In this document: positions 11,217 through 21,246 of the stretch, one piece after another
Numbering within the stretch: position 1 is the stretch's first letter
How the letters are laid out: every line of letters starts with the position of its first letter
Sequence record: DRR723986_2366
Strand: one strand, 5' to 3'
DNA: 39,882 nt
Program-made: the position numbers and the translations under genes
Notes under the pieces: model-generated
The model's input: the letters and a program-made list of their open reading frames with translations, nothing else
Database searches by the model: none
What the model was told of the DNA's origin: nothing

Positions 11217-12022
11217 GTCTTCGTGTCTCAGCGGTGCAAATGGTGTCCGGCGCAGCGGTGAGCGTCAACCTGAATGACGCGCTGGAGCATCTGGAGAAGG
11301 CCTCTCGTCAGGGGGTGCAGCTGGCGGTGCTGCCAGAAAATTTTGCCTGTTTTGACAGTGGTTCAGCGCTGGCCGAATTGGCTTTCCGGGAGCAGCAGCA
11401 CGCAGAGATACGGGGACGGCTGGCCGAGCAGGCTAAACGTTTGGGGATGTGGATTGTCGCGGGAACGCTGCCACTGCCTGCGGCGGATGGTCGTTGTTAT
11501 GCCAGCTCGCTGGTCTTCAATGACAGTGGTGAGTGTGTCGCCGATTATCGCAAGTTGCATTTGTTTGATGCCGACGTTGGCGATGCACAGCAACGCTATC
11601 GGGAGTCGGAACGCTACGCTCCCGGCGAGCGGCCCTGCGTTATTGATACCCCCTGGGGGCGGCTTGGCGTAGCGGTCTGTTACGACCTGCGCTTTCCCGA
11701 GTTGTTTCGCCTGATGCTCGATGACGGGATGGAATTGTTGGCGCTACCGGCGGCGTTTACGCGGCGCACGGGGCTGGCGCATTGGTTGCCACTGCTGCGG
11801 GCGCGTGCAATTGAAAATCAGGTAGCGGTTATTGCAGCAAATCAGGGCGGTATTCACAGCGCGCGCCGAGAGACATCCGGAGGTTCCTGCGTGATTGACA
11901 GCTGGGGGCGCGTACTCGCCGAACTCGGCTTTGGCGCCGGTATTGCGACAGCTGACATCGACATGGCGGCGCAGCGAGCGCTGCGTCAAGAAATGCCAGT
12001 GTCGCAACACCGGCGATTCTAG
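11213..12022 (+). CDS. Carbon-nitrogen hydrolase (Nit1-like, probable deaminated glutathione amidase)
   Basis: E-K-C triad in LPEN, YRKLHLFD, VCYDLRFPELF; LRARAIENQ. Overlaps the yhdP stop (ATGA). Confidence 0.92.
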   Translation: MSLRVSAVQMVSGAAVSVNLNDALEHLEKASRQGVQLAVLPENFACFDSGSALAELAFREQQHAEIRGRLAEQAKRLGMWIVAGTLPLPAADGRCYASSLVFNDSGECVADYRKLHLFDADVGDAQQRYRESERYAPGERPCVIDTPWGRLGVAVCYDLRFPELFRLMLDDGMELLALPAAFTRRTGLAHWLPLLRARAIENQVAVIAANQGGIHSARRETSGGSCVIDSWGRVLAELGFGAGIATADIDMAAQRALRQEMPVSQHRRF

Positions 12023-12024
12023 TT

Positions 12025-12549
12025 TTACGCCTGGCTTTCTTCTTCGTTGGCAATTTGCTGAAGTTCGCGCAGGTAGCGAAAGAGCTTGCGCGCTGCTGCG
12101 GGCGGCTTATTCGCCGTTTTTTCTTTGCCAGCTTGCATGAGTAATTGGCGAAGTCGCTGTCGATCAGCATTGGGGAAACGTTGTAGTGCGGCGTCGACGC
12201 CCTTCACGCCAGTGGCCAGCATATCGTCTCGCAAGTCCTCTAGCTCGTGAAAGCGTCGCGCCAATGCTTTTTGCCCTTGCTCCTGTTCAAGCAGGGCGGC
12301 TTCAATGCCGCTGGCATCAATGCGGCGCATCAGTTTGCCGATGTACTGCATTTGCCGGCGAAGCCCCTCGCGGCTCTTAATCCGCCGCGCCGTGGCGATG
12401 GCTTCCTCAAGGTCGGGATCGTCGATGGGAACCCGGGCCAAGTCGGCATTGCTTAAGCCCACGAGGCGACTGCCCAGTTTTTGCAGGGCTTCCATTTCGC
12501 GCTTCAGTGCGGTTTTACTCGGGCGTTCTTGATCGTCTATATCGGTCAC
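12025..12549 (-). CDS. darP: Ribosome maturation factor DarP/YjgA (DUF615)
   Basis: SKTALKREMEALQKLG, RRQMQYIGKLMR, ADRQRLRQL, ARKLFRYLRE. Confidence 0.95.
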   Translation of the reverse strand: MTDIDDQERPSKTALKREMEALQKLGSRLVGLSNADLARVPIDDPDLEEAIATARRIKSREGLRRQMQYIGKLMRRIDASGIEAALLEQEQGQKALARRFHELEDLRDDMLATGVKGVDAALQRFPNADRQRLRQLLMQAGKEKTANKPPAAARKLFRYLRELQQIANEEESQA

Positions 12550-12586
12550 AATAACGGTTGCTCTATCGGCTTGGCTTGAGTGGAAC

Positions 12587-13945
12587 TCAAGCGTAAAAAT
12601 ACGTGGCTAATCCAAGGAAGGACATAAAGCCGACAACATCGGTAACCGTAGTTAACACTACGCCGCCAGCTAACGCGGGATCGATGTTCAGCGCCTTCAT
12701 TACCAGCGGCAAAATGGCGCCGGCCAGTGATGCGGTGATCAGGTTAATTACCATGGCGGCGGCGATAATGGCGCCGATTAAGGGGTCGTTAAACCAGTAA
12801 CTGGCGGCCAGCGCGACAATGAGTGCCCACAGCAGCCCGTTCATGAGTCCTACCAGAACCTCTCGATTGATCAGCCAGCGACTGTTATTGCGGCTGATAT
12901 GGCCAAGGGCCATCCCGCGAATCACCACGGTTAAGGTTTGTGTGCCGGCGACACCGCCCATGCTCGCGACAATGGGCATAAGTACGGCCAGTGCGACGAC
13001 TTTTTCAATGGTGCCTTCAAAAAGGTTGATAACACCGGAGGCAATAAAGGCCGTTAACAAATTGATGCCGAGCCAAATGGCGCGGCGCGGCGCGGTGGTC
13101 ATTACCGATGCAAAGGTGTCTTCGTCTTCATCCAGACCGGCCATACTCATCAGTGAGTGGTCGGACTCTTCGCGGATAACATCGACGACGTCATCGATGG
13201 TGATTCGGCCAAGCAGCAATTGATTGTCGTCGACCACGGGGGCACTGACCCAGTCCCGCCGCTCGAAGAGGTTGGCAACATCGCGCGCAGGCATGGAGGC
13301 CACAATGGGCTCAACCTCGGTGTCCATGATTTCACGAACGGTAACGCTGGGGTCCGAGACCAGCAGTTTCCGCAGCGACAGTGAGCCAATGAACTGGTCA
13401 TTACGGTTAACGACCAGCAGGCTATCGGTCATTGCGGGAAGCTCTTCGTGCCGCCGCAGGTAACGCAGTGCGACATCCAGGGTGATGTTCGGCCTCACTG
13501 TGATGGTGTCGGTGTTCATCAGACCACCGGCACTGTCCTCGTCGTAGGACAGTATGTGCTCAACGCGCACACGGTCTTGATGGTCCATCGACTCCAGCAC
13601 TTCGCGAATCACGCGGTCCGGAAGTTGCTGGAGTATGTCGGCGATATCGTCGGTTTCGAGGCCCTCGGTGATCGCGGCGACTTCCTCGGCATCCATGTGC
13701 CGCAGGAACTGACTCTGTACCTCGTCGCTCAGGTGCTGGAGAATGTCACCCTCATTTTCGGTATCGACAAGTTGCCACAGCACGCCCCGTACTTTTTGCG
13801 GTGTCGACTCAATAAGGTGGGCGGCATCGACGGGCGGCAGGCCGTTGAGCATACGCCGAATTTGCAGAAACGCGCCGGAGCCCAGAGCTTCATTCAGTAG
13901 CTCTAGGCGGCTTTCAGCTTGGGGCTTTTCTGCGGTTTGGGCCAT
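12587..13945 (-). CDS. mgtE: Magnesium transporter MgtE (start ATG 13945 or GTG 13990)
   Basis: MgtE N-domain, YDEDSAGGLM, CBS pair, GRITIDDVVDVI, MPIVASMGGVAGTQT, DPALAGGVVLTTVTDVVG. Confidence 0.97.
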   Translation of the reverse strand: MAQTAEKPQAESRLELLNEALGSGAFLQIRRMLNGLPPVDAAHLIESTPQKVRGVLWQLVDTENEGDILQHLSDEVQSQFLRHMDAEEVAAITEGLETDDIADILQQLPDRVIREVLESMDHQDRVRVEHILSYDEDSAGGLMNTDTITVRPNITLDVALRYLRRHEELPAMTDSLLVVNRNDQFIGSLSLRKLLVSDPSVTVREIMDTEVEPIVASMPARDVANLFERRDWVSAPVVDDNQLLLGRITIDDVVDVIREESDHSLMSMAGLDEDEDTFASVMTTAPRRAIWLGINLLTAFIASGVINLFEGTIEKVVALAVLMPIVASMGGVAGTQTLTVVIRGMALGHISRNNSRWLINREVLVGLMNGLLWALIVALAASYWFNDPLIGAIIAAAMVINLITASLAGAILPLVMKALNIDPALAGGVVLTTVTDVVGFMSFLGLATYFYA

Positions 13946-14075
13946 ATAGCTCTCTGCGTTGCGTTCGGCTTTCTGCTGGATAGCAGTCACACAGTGTGGC
14001 GAGAATTATCCTTTAATCTTCGCTGGGCAACAATTGCAGACTGGCGAAATCGCGCTGAAATGCGCAGTATTTGAT

Positions 14076-14345
14076 TTATTCGCCTTCGTCAAAGCGGCGT
14101 TCGATCAAGTCGACGAGAGCGTCGAGGGCTGCTTGTTCGTCTTCCCCTTCGCAGCGAATGTGCAGTGTCATGCCTTTGCTGGCGGCGAGCATCATTACCG
14201 ACATGATGCTTTTACCGTCTACCCATTGCTGCCCCGCCGACACCTGAATGCGAGAGGCAAATGCGGTGCTGGTGGTTACGAATTTGGACGCAGCACGGGC
14301 GTGAAGGCCGAGTTTATTGATGATGGGAATTTGGATTTCTTGCAT
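14076..14345 (-). CDS. ptsO: Phosphocarrier protein NPr (HPr family)
   Basis: NKLGLHARAASKF with His15; DGKSIMSVMML; position in the rpoN operon. Confidence 0.93.
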   Translation of the reverse strand: MQEIQIPIINKLGLHARAASKFVTTSTAFASRIQVSAGQQWVDGKSIMSVMMLAASKGMTLHIRCEGEDEQAALDALVDLIERRFDEGE

Positions 14346-14363
14346 CGCCTTGTCCAGCCCAGG

Positions 14364-15221
14364 TTAGTGCTGAAGTTCGCGGTGGCGAACTTGCAGGCCA
14401 GGACAGGTGTCGCGAAGCGCCTTAGCCAGCTTTTCGGCCATGTATACTGAGCGATGTTGTCCACCCGTGCAACCGATCGCGATGGTGAAGTAGCTGCGAC
14501 CGGCAGATTCTATCTCAGGCAGCCAGCGCAGCAGGTAAGTGAGTATGTCGCTATACATCTGTTGGACTTGCGGCTGGGCATCGAGGAAGTGCTGAACGGC
14601 GTCGTCGCGGCCGCTGAGGCTGCGCAGCGCCTCGTCCCAGTGAGGGTTGGGGAGCATGCGCAGATCGTAGACCTGGTCGGCATCAATGGGTAGGCCGCGC
14701 TTAAAGCCGAAGGACTTTAGCTGTAATGCCATGCGGCTAGCGTCGACGCCGAGAACGCGGTCACGTATGGTGGCGCGCAATTGATGCACAGTCATGTCGC
14801 TGCTATCGATGGTCAGCGATGCCTCGGCGACAATGGGCTCCAACAGCGCAGACTCTTGCTTTATCGCGTCGCTAAGCGGCTGGGAGTCGGTGCTCAGTGG
14901 ATGCCGTCGGCGGGTCTCGCTGAAACGCTTAATGAGCTTGTCGTCGCTGGCATCCAAAAAAAGAATACGCAAGCTGGCCAGGCTTCGAACTTGTTTGCAC
15001 AGTTCTTGGAAGCGGGCGAGCTCCGTTTGTGAGTTTCTCGCATCGATACAGACAGCAACCTGCTGATGAACTTTCAGTGTGCTTTGAGAGAGTTCGGTAA
15101 CGAGTGCGGGCAGCAGTGACACCGGCAGGTTGTCGATGGCGTAAAAGCCTTCGTCTTCGAGCTGGTGCAGCGCCGTGCTTTTGCCCGAACCTGAGCGGCC
15201 GCTGAGAATAATAAGCTTCAC
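14364..15221 (-). CDS. rapZ: RNase adapter protein RapZ
   Basis: Walker [39 protein letters not shown]. Confidence 0.97.
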   Translation of the reverse strand: MKLIILSGRSGSGKSTALHQLEDEGFYAIDNLPVSLLPALVTELSQSTLKVHQQVAVCIDARNSQTELARFQELCKQVRSLASLRILFLDASDDKLIKRFSETRRRHPLSTDSQPLSDAIKQESALLEPIVAEASLTIDSSDMTVHQLRATIRDRVLGVDASRMALQLKSFGFKRGLPIDADQVYDLRMLPNPHWDEALRSLSGRDDAVQHFLDAQPQVQQMYSDILTYLLRWLPEIESAGRSYFTIAIGCTGGQHRSVYMAEKLAKALRDTCPGLQVRHRELQH

Positions 15222-15223
15222 GC

Positions 15224-15673
15224 CTAGCTCGCTACCGCACGTTCATAAAGACTGCTGTCGCTGTCTGCGCTGCGAAGCTGCTGGCGGAAAGCGTCATCGT
15301 TGAAGGCGTTGGCCAAGCTTGCCAACACTTTAATGTGTTCGTCGTGTGCTTCGGCAGGAACGATCAACGCAAACACTAAGTCCACGGGTTGGTCGTCTAT
15401 CGCTTCGAAGTCGATAGGCTCGGCAAGTTTAAGCAGCATGCCGGTAATTTCGGTGCACTGCTGGCTGCGACAGTGGGGAATCGCAACCCCGTGCCCGATA
15501 CCTGTGCTTCCGAGTCGCTCGCGGGCGAGCAGTTCGTTGAACAGTTCGTCGGCGTTGAATTGCGCATTATCCTCACTGACAAAAATAGAAATTTGTTCCA
15601 GTAGGCGTTTCTTGCTGCCCACAGACGTACCGCAGTGGGTACGTCCGGGGCTGAGTATTGAATCAAGGGTCAT
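15224..15673 (-). CDS. ptsN: PTS IIA(Ntr)
   Basis: SKKRLLE and ARERLGSTGIGHGVAIPHCR motifs; FEAIDDQPVDL. Confidence 0.96.
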   Translation of the reverse strand: MTLDSILSPGRTHCGTSVGSKKRLLEQISIFVSEDNAQFNADELFNELLARERLGSTGIGHGVAIPHCRSQQCTEITGMLLKLAEPIDFEAIDDQPVDLVFALIVPAEAHDEHIKVLASLANAFNDDAFRQQLRSADSDSSLYERAVAS

Positions 15674-15702
15674 GTTTACGTTTCCGGAACATCCCCGGGC
15701 CT

Positions 15703-15990
15703 TTAGTGGCCCAGGTTTTTCTCCTTGTGTTTAATAAGCTGGCGATCGAGCTTGTCGGTGAGGCTGTCGATGGCCGCGTACATATCCTCTGATTCACAGG
15801 TGGCGAACAGATCGGCGCCAGCCACATGTACGGTGGCTTCAGCTTTTTGAACCAGCTTTTCTACTGACAAGGTAACGTCGGTATTGGTGATATTGTCGAA
15901 GTGCCGTTGCAGCTTGGCGAGTTTGTTGTTGACGTAATCGCGAAGTGCCGGGGTAACTTCAACATGGTGACCACTGACGGTTATTTGCAT
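15703..15990 (-). CDS. hpf: Ribosome hibernation promoting factor (short HPF)
   Basis: MQITVSGHHVEVTPALRDYV...DMYAAIDSLTDKLDRQL; AAGGAG RBS before ATG 15990. Confidence 0.96.
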   Translation of the reverse strand: MQITVSGHHVEVTPALRDYVNNKLAKLQRHFDNITNTDVTLSVEKLVQKAEATVHVAGADLFATCESEDMYAAIDSLTDKLDRQLIKHKEKNLGH

Positions 15991-16059
15991 ATCTTGCTCC
16001 TTCATCGCTGAGAACATCCGGCGCCTCCCGGCGCGTTGTTTGGGCCTTTTGGGGCCTTA

Positions 16060-17553
16060 TTAGACCAGTCTTTTCCGTTCGTTAGAGGGCGGAATGACTA
16101 GTGATTCCCTGTACTTTGCAATGGTTCGCCGGGCAACTTTGATGCCTTGCTCGGCCAACAGTTGGGTGATTTTGCTGTCGCTTAGCGGTTTCTTGGGGTT
16201 TTCTGCGGCAATTAATTTTTTGATTAGTGCACGAATCGCCGTGGAGGAGCATTCTCCTCCGGTATCGGTCGAGACGTGGCTGGAGAAAAAATATTTGAGT
16301 TCGTAGATGCCTCTCGGGGTATGCATATATTTTTGCGTGGTAACCCGTGAGATCGTCGATTCATGCATGCTCACCGCATCGGCGATGTCGTGGAGCACTA
16401 GCGGTTTCATCGCTTCGTCGCCGTACTCCAGGAATCCGCGCTGGTACTCAACAATTTTGGTGGCGACTTTCATCAGTGTTTCGTTGCGGCTCTGCAGACT
16501 TTTAATGAACCAGCGCGCTTCCTGGAGGTTGTCGCGAATATAGTCTTTGTCGCTGCTGGTGCCGCTGTCTTTGGCGAGCGAGGCGTAGTGGCTGTTAATT
16601 TGTATTTTAGGGGCGATGTCCGGGTTTAACTCAACCAGCCAGCGGCCTTCTTTTTTGCTGACGAATACGTCTGGTACCACATACTCCGTTTCGTCGTTGC
16701 CCACGCAGTCACCGGGAGTGGGGTTCAGCGTTTGAATGAGTGCCAAGGTGTCGCGCAGTTGGTCTTCTTTTAGCCGGCAGCGACGCATGATTTGGTTGTA
16801 ATCACGGTTGCCGAGCTGCGGCATATGCTGCTCGACTATCTGCAGCGCTTCAGCCAGGTATGGGGTGTCTGGGGAGAGCTGCCGAAGTTGAATTAACAAG
16901 CATTCTTGAAGGTCCTGGCCGCCAACACCGGGGGGATCAAACTGCTGGATGAGGTGAAGGACTGCATTCACTTCTTCTATTTCGATATTGTCGTCGTCGA
17001 AGGCGTCCACCAGCTCTTCGGGGCTGACGGTGAGCCGCCCCTTTTCATCGATCGCGTCGATGATGGCATCAGCGACGATGCGGTCGAGTTCTGAGAGCCG
17101 GCTGAGGTTGAGTTGCCAGCGCAGGTGGTCCTGGAGCGACTCTGAGCTGCCGTGGCGATAGTCATTGTTGTAGTCGTCGTCGGCGCTACCGGCCGCGGAG
17201 GAGCTTGGTGCGGAGCTTTGGTAGACGTCTTCCCACTGGCTGTCTACCGGCAAATCTTCGGGGATGTCGCTGCGCTCGGCCCATTCACTGTCGGCGTCGT
17301 TGCTGGGCGCCTCCTCAGCAGAGGTCGTTTTGCTGTCAGCCTCATTGGCGTTACTTTCGCTCTGGCTGTTGCTGCTCTGGGGTTCCGGGCTGTCGCTGTC
17401 TTCCTCTACTTCCAGCAGGGGGTTGGAGTCCAGTGCCGACTGAATTTCCTGTTGAAGGTCGAGGGTGGAGAGCTGTAATAAACGAATCGCCTGTTGCAGC
17501 TGGGGCGTCATGGTCAGCTGCTGACCGACTTTTAGCTGGAGCGATTGTTTCAT
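16060..17553 (-). CDS. rpoN: RNA polymerase sigma-54 factor
   Basis: MKQSLQLK...[24 protein letters not shown]; RpoN box [11 protein letters not shown]. Confidence 0.99.
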   Translation of the reverse strand: MKQSLQLKVGQQLTMTPQLQQAIRLLQLSTLDLQQEIQSALDSNPLLEVEEDSDSPEPQSSNSQSESNANEADSKTTSAEEAPSNDADSEWAERSDIPEDLPVDSQWEDVYQSSAPSSSAAGSADDDYNNDYRHGSSESLQDHLRWQLNLSRLSELDRIVADAIIDAIDEKGRLTVSPEELVDAFDDDNIEIEEVNAVLHLIQQFDPPGVGGQDLQECLLIQLRQLSPDTPYLAEALQIVEQHMPQLGNRDYNQIMRRCRLKEDQLRDTLALIQTLNPTPGDCVGNDETEYVVPDVFVSKKEGRWLVELNPDIAPKIQINSHYASLAKDSGTSSDKDYIRDNLQEARWFIKSLQSRNETLMKVATKIVEYQRGFLEYGDEAMKPLVLHDIADAVSMHESTISRVTTQKYMHTPRGIYELKYFFSSHVSTDTGGECSSTAIRALIKKLIAAENPKKPLSDSKITQLLAEQGIKVARRTIAKYRESLVIPPSNERKRLV

Positions 17554-17631
17554 AGGCAATGACTTCTACTACAACCATACCTGAGGGATTAAATGCCGTT
17601 ATGTAGTCATAAACGACGATGCTTCAGGGTC

Positions 17632-17660
17632 AGTGTAGTCCCGCAGCCGCACCGCTGCAA
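17632..17660 (-). promoter_or_regulatory. Putative sigma70 promoter of rpoN
   Basis: Minus strand: TTGCAG (17660-17655), 17 bp, TACACT (17637-17632). Confidence 0.6.
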
Positions 17661-17671
17661 TAGGCGTTTAA

Positions 17672-17687
17672 AGCAATTGCTGTGCCG
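17672..17687 (-). promoter_or_regulatory. Sigma54 -24/-12 site upstream of rpoN
   Basis: Minus strand cGGCAC-AGCAA-TTGCt versus consensus TGGCAC-N5-TTGC; exact GG-N10-GC spacing. Confidence 0.72.
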
Positions 17688-17696
17688 ATTTTTTGA

Positions 17697-18422
17697 TCAA
17701 AGGGTAAATGTGTCGCCGAGGTAGATGTCCCGCACGATTTGGTTGTTGAGTACGGCCTCGGCATTGCCCTCAGCAACGATGCGACCTTCGCCAACTATGT
17801 AGGCTTTTTCGCAGATATCGAGGGTTTCTCGCACATTGTGGTCGGTAATCAGGACGCCGATGCCGCGCGCCTGCAGGTGGCGAATAATTTGCTGAATATC
17901 GTTCACCGATATGGGGTCTACCCCGGCAAAGGGCTCGTCGAGCAGAATAAAACTGGGCTCGGTGGCCAGTGCTCGCGCAATTTCTACTCTGCGCCGTTCC
18001 CCGCCCGAGAGCGCCATACCCGGCGATTGGCGAATATGGGCAATGTGAAATTCTTGTAGCAGTGCATCGAGCTTTTCTTTGCGTTGCTTGCGATTCAGGT
18101 CGCTGCGGGTCTCCAATATCGCCATGATGTTGTCAGCGACGCTCAGCTTCCGAAATATGGATGCTTCCTGAGGGAGGTAGCCGACGCCGTGTTTGGCCCG
18201 ACCTTGGATGGAAAGCGGTGTCAGGTCTTTGTCGTCGAGCTGAATGCGGCCGCGGTCGGCGTTGACGATGCCGACGATCATGTAAAAACAGGTTGTTTTC
18301 CCCGCCCCGTTGGGACCCAACAAGCCGACTATTTCACCGCTGTTAATACTCAGGGAGACGTCTTTGATTACCTCTCTGCCTTTGTAGGCTTTAGCGAGGT
18401 TGCTGGCTTTCAATACGGGCAT
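17697..18422 (-). CDS. lptB: LPS export ABC transporter ATPase LptB
   Basis: [52 protein letters not shown] at 18422 directly after lptA. Confidence 0.98.
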   Translation of the reverse strand: MPVLKASNLAKAYKGREVIKDVSLSINSGEIVGLLGPNGAGKTTCFYMIVGIVNADRGRIQLDDKDLTPLSIQGRAKHGVGYLPQEASIFRKLSVADNIMAILETRSDLNRKQRKEKLDALLQEFHIAHIRQSPGMALSGGERRRVEIARALATEPSFILLDEPFAGVDPISVNDIQQIIRHLQARGIGVLITDHNVRETLDICEKAYIVGEGRIVAEGNAEAVLNNQIVRDIYLGDTFTL

Positions 18423-18423
18423 G

Positions 18424-18981
18424 TTAGCGGGGAGTCTCCGGGGTGTCGGGGGTGGTGCTTGGCGCGGGGCTGTCGGTATCACTCACGCCCTGCTGAGGCT
18501 GTAGGGTCATTTGTACCCTGCCATCGAGTTTGTGGCTGCCGCCATCGGCAATGACCATTTGCTTGCGCCCGCTGTATACAATGCGATCGCCACTGATCTT
18601 GGAGCCCTGATGTCGGATGGTGGCATCTTTTTGCAGCAGGATTTCCTCGGCATTTAGGCTGTATTCTATGAGTCGAGCACTGGCGACCACGACGCCTTCC
18701 CCGGCGCGGGGTTGTTGCTCAAAATGGGCGGGGCTGCCATGGGCAATAACCTTGGTTACTTTTCTGTCAGCCTCGACAATAATCAGCTTGTCTGCGCGAA
18801 TAATCAGGCTGCCCTGCGACATATTGACGTTGCCCGTGTAAATGCCGCGATTGTTTTCATAGGTGGCTTTATCTGAGCTGAGGTTGATGGCCTGGCGGCG
18901 GTCATCGGGCAAGCCGTGCACGCTGCTGGCGAGGCAGAGCAGGGCGCTAATAGCGAAGGTGCGTAGATTATTGCGGTTCAT
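18424..18981 (-). CDS. lptA: LPS transport periplasmic protein LptA
   Basis: Signal peptide then [30 protein letters not shown]; synteny. Confidence 0.93.
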   Translation of the reverse strand: MNRNNLRTFAISALLCLASSVHGLPDDRRQAINLSSDKATYENNRGIYTGNVNMSQGSLIIRADKLIIVEADRKVTKVIAHGSPAHFEQQPRAGEGVVVASARLIEYSLNAEEILLQKDATIRHQGSKISGDRIVYSGRKQMVIADGGSHKLDGRVQMTLQPQQGVSDTDSPAPSTTPDTPETPR

Positions 18982-19540
18982 AGTGTCCTTTTACCTTCGC
19001 GAGCAGCTCGACTTTCTCGTTAACGAGGTCGGCCGTCATGCCCTCCGACTGGGTTTCGCCATTGGGTAGTTGCAGTCGCAGTGGCTGATCCGTCGCTACC
19101 AGGCTTTGCTCCAGGTCAATGCTGAGTTGCTCTGTGTGGATTTGTGCTTCGCGAATTAAGTCTTCAACAACAACACTGCCACGCAACTGCAGTTGTTGGC
19201 CATTTTGTGACAGTGTGCCGGTAATGGCTTGCGCCGTCCACGGCCGCTGCTCGCCGATATTGCCGATGTAGAAGGGCTGATTGAGCTGGATGTTGCCCGA
19301 GGAAATCATGCGTTCGGCACTGTCGGCGCGCCAGCGGTATGCCACATTGCCGTCTTGGCGATATTTCAAGCCTTCGATGCCCTGTAGGTGGGAGTCAACA
19401 TCGGGGATGGCTTCGAAGCTGTCAGTCAGGCTCAATTTCCCGCTCTCACTAAATTGCGTGAGGTAGATCACGGTGCCCGCGATAGCGGCCAGTACCGATA
19501 GGACCGATGCAGCGTTGATATTGAATGACGGCGCAGCCAT
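18968..19540 (-). CDS. lptC: LPS export protein LptC
   Basis: N-terminal TM helix, YRQDG, PWTAQA..G, GM.ADL....VELL..VKG.YEP; between kdsC and lptA. Confidence 0.88.
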   Translation of the reverse strand: MAAPSFNINAASVLSVLAAIAGTVIYLTQFSESGKLSLTDSFEAIPDVDSHLQGIEGLKYRQDGNVAYRWRADSAERMISSGNIQLNQPFYIGNIGEQRPWTAQAITGTLSQNGQQLQLRGSVVVEDLIREAQIHTEQLSIDLEQSLVATDQPLRLQLPNGETQSEGMTADLVNEKVELLAKVKGHYEPQ

Positions 19541-20062
19541 TTACAGGAACTGCTCAAGTGCGTCGTTGAGCTTGCCTTGAGACATCAAAATAAGCTCGGC
19601 GATCTCTCTCACAGCGCCACTGCCCCCCGCGGCACGCGTTTGCCAATCGGCGTGGCGTGCGACGAAGTGGTGACCATTGGCGACGGTAATGCCCAGGCCC
19701 GCTGCTCGAATCGCGGCTAAGTCGGGTAAATCGTCACCCACGTAGGCGATTTGATCGTAGCTTAGTTTGAGGTCTTGGCGCAGTTCTTCGAGTGCCGTGC
19801 CTTTGTCTTCCCTGCCTTGGTAGATTAACTCGATGCTCAGTTCTCGCGCGCGTCGCAGCAGCAGTTCAGAGGTTCTGCCGGTGATAATTGCGGGGCGGAT
19901 GCCGGCGTCGCGCAGCAGTTTAATGCCAAGCCCGTCAAGGATGCTGAACGCTTTCATTTCCTCGCCGCTATTGCCAAAGTACAGGCTGCCGTTGGTCAGT
20001 ACGCCGTCGACATCCATTGCCAGTAGGGTGACCGTTTTTGCTTTTTCGAGAATGGTTTGCAT
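19541..20062 (-). CDS. kdsC: KDO 8-phosphate phosphatase
   Basis: HAD motif DVDGVLTNG, IITGR, YVGDDLPD, GGSGAVRE. Confidence 0.96.
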   Translation of the reverse strand: MQTILEKAKTVTLLAMDVDGVLTNGSLYFGNSGEEMKAFSILDGLGIKLLRDAGIRPAIITGRTSELLLRRARELSIELIYQGREDKGTALEELRQDLKLSYDQIAYVGDDLPDLAAIRAAGLGITVANGHHFVARHADWQTRAAGGSGAVREIAELILMSQGKLNDALEQFL

Positions 20063-20075
20063 GGTGTTCCCTGTT

Positions 20076-21044
20076 TTAGGCGACGCCGGCTTTAAGCAGG
20101 TCGTGGGTGTGGATCACGCCTACTGGCTTTGCGTTATCGTCCAGAGCGACCAAGACGGTGATTTTATTATCTTCCATAATGCGCAGTGCTTCTGCGGCCA
20201 GTGTGCCGGGCCTGATGCTGCGGCAGTTGGCGGTCATCACGTCGTCTATTTTCGCCTGGTGAATGTCAATGCCGCGGTCGATCGCGCGCCGCAAGTCGCC
20301 GTCTGTGAAAATACCCGCCAGGCTGCCGTCTTCATTGAGTACCGTGGTCATACCCAGCGCCTTACTGCTCATTTCCAGCAGGGCATCGCTGAGCTTGGCG
20401 CCAGTATTGATGTGCGGTATGGCTTCCCCGGTGTGCATAATATTGTCGATCTTCAGCAGCAGGCGTCGACCCAGCGCGCCGCCGGGGTGAGAGAAGGCAA
20501 AATCATCGGCGGTGAAGCCGCGGGCCTCCAGTAACGCGATGGCGAGCGCATCGCCCATTACAAGTGTTACGGTCGTGCTGGATGTCGGGGCAAGATTCAG
20601 TGGGCAGGCCTCTTGTTCTACGCCGACGTCGAGATGGACATCCGCGCTGCTGGCGAGCTCCGAGTTGGGCTTTCCCGTCATGGCGATCACGGGTACGGCC
20701 AGCAGCTTAAGCAGCGGGATCAGGGTGACCAGTTCTGCAGTTGACCCCGAGTTTGACAGGGCTATCACCACGTCGCCGGCGGTAATCATCCCCATATCGC
20801 CGTGGCTGGCCTCCCCGGGGTGTACAAAAAATGCGGGGGTGCCTGTACTGGCCAGGGTCGCCGCCAGTTTGTTGCCGATGTGGCCCGATTTACCCATGCC
20901 GGTGACAACGACTCTGCCCTTGCAGTTTAGAAGAAGTTCGCAGGCGCGATTAAAGCTGTCGTCGATACGCTCGCCGAGCGCGTCGACGGCGTCTCCTTCC
21001 ATGCGAATAACGCGTTTAGCAGTGTCGAGATAAGAAGATGCCAT
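20076..21044 (-). CDS. kdsD: Arabinose 5-phosphate isomerase
   Basis: TGMGKSGHIG, HPGEASHGDMG, EACPLNLAPTSST, HPGGALG, C-terminal CBS pair. Confidence 0.97.
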   Translation of the reverse strand: MASSYLDTAKRVIRMEGDAVDALGERIDDSFNRACELLLNCKGRVVVTGMGKSGHIGNKLAATLASTGTPAFFVHPGEASHGDMGMITAGDVVIALSNSGSTAELVTLIPLLKLLAVPVIAMTGKPNSELASSADVHLDVGVEQEACPLNLAPTSSTTVTLVMGDALAIALLEARGFTADDFAFSHPGGALGRRLLLKIDNIMHTGEAIPHINTGAKLSDALLEMSSKALGMTTVLNEDGSLAGIFTDGDLRRAIDRGIDIHQAKIDDVMTANCRSIRPGTLAAEALRIMEDNKITVLVALDDNAKPVGVIHTHDLLKAGVA

Positions 21045-21246
21045 CGTTGGGAGGAAACCTCGTTATTGCAATAATGCCGTTAAGCGGCGGCTAATTTTCG
21101 CTATGATAATTTCCAATGTGAAAAATTAACAGGTTTACCTCGTCGTCGTGCGGGGAGCCAATTCCGTAAACTGCTGTCTTAGCAAGGGTGTAGAGCAGGC
21201 TATTCGCGGTAATGCGGGTCGTGGCTTAACTATCGGAGATAAAAAA

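Noticed and set aside
13946-14075. Mg2+ riboswitch or leader peptide before mgtE
   Set aside because: The spacer is only 85-130 bp and shows no M-box-like structure or Pro-rich leader ORF.
19833-20534. 233-aa plus-strand ORF across kdsC/kdsD
   Set aside because: Antisense shadow of two well-supported genes.
21099-21117. Fur box upstream of mlaC (ATGATAAT)
   Set aside because: Only about 9 of 19 positions match; more likely a -10-like AT-rich stretch.
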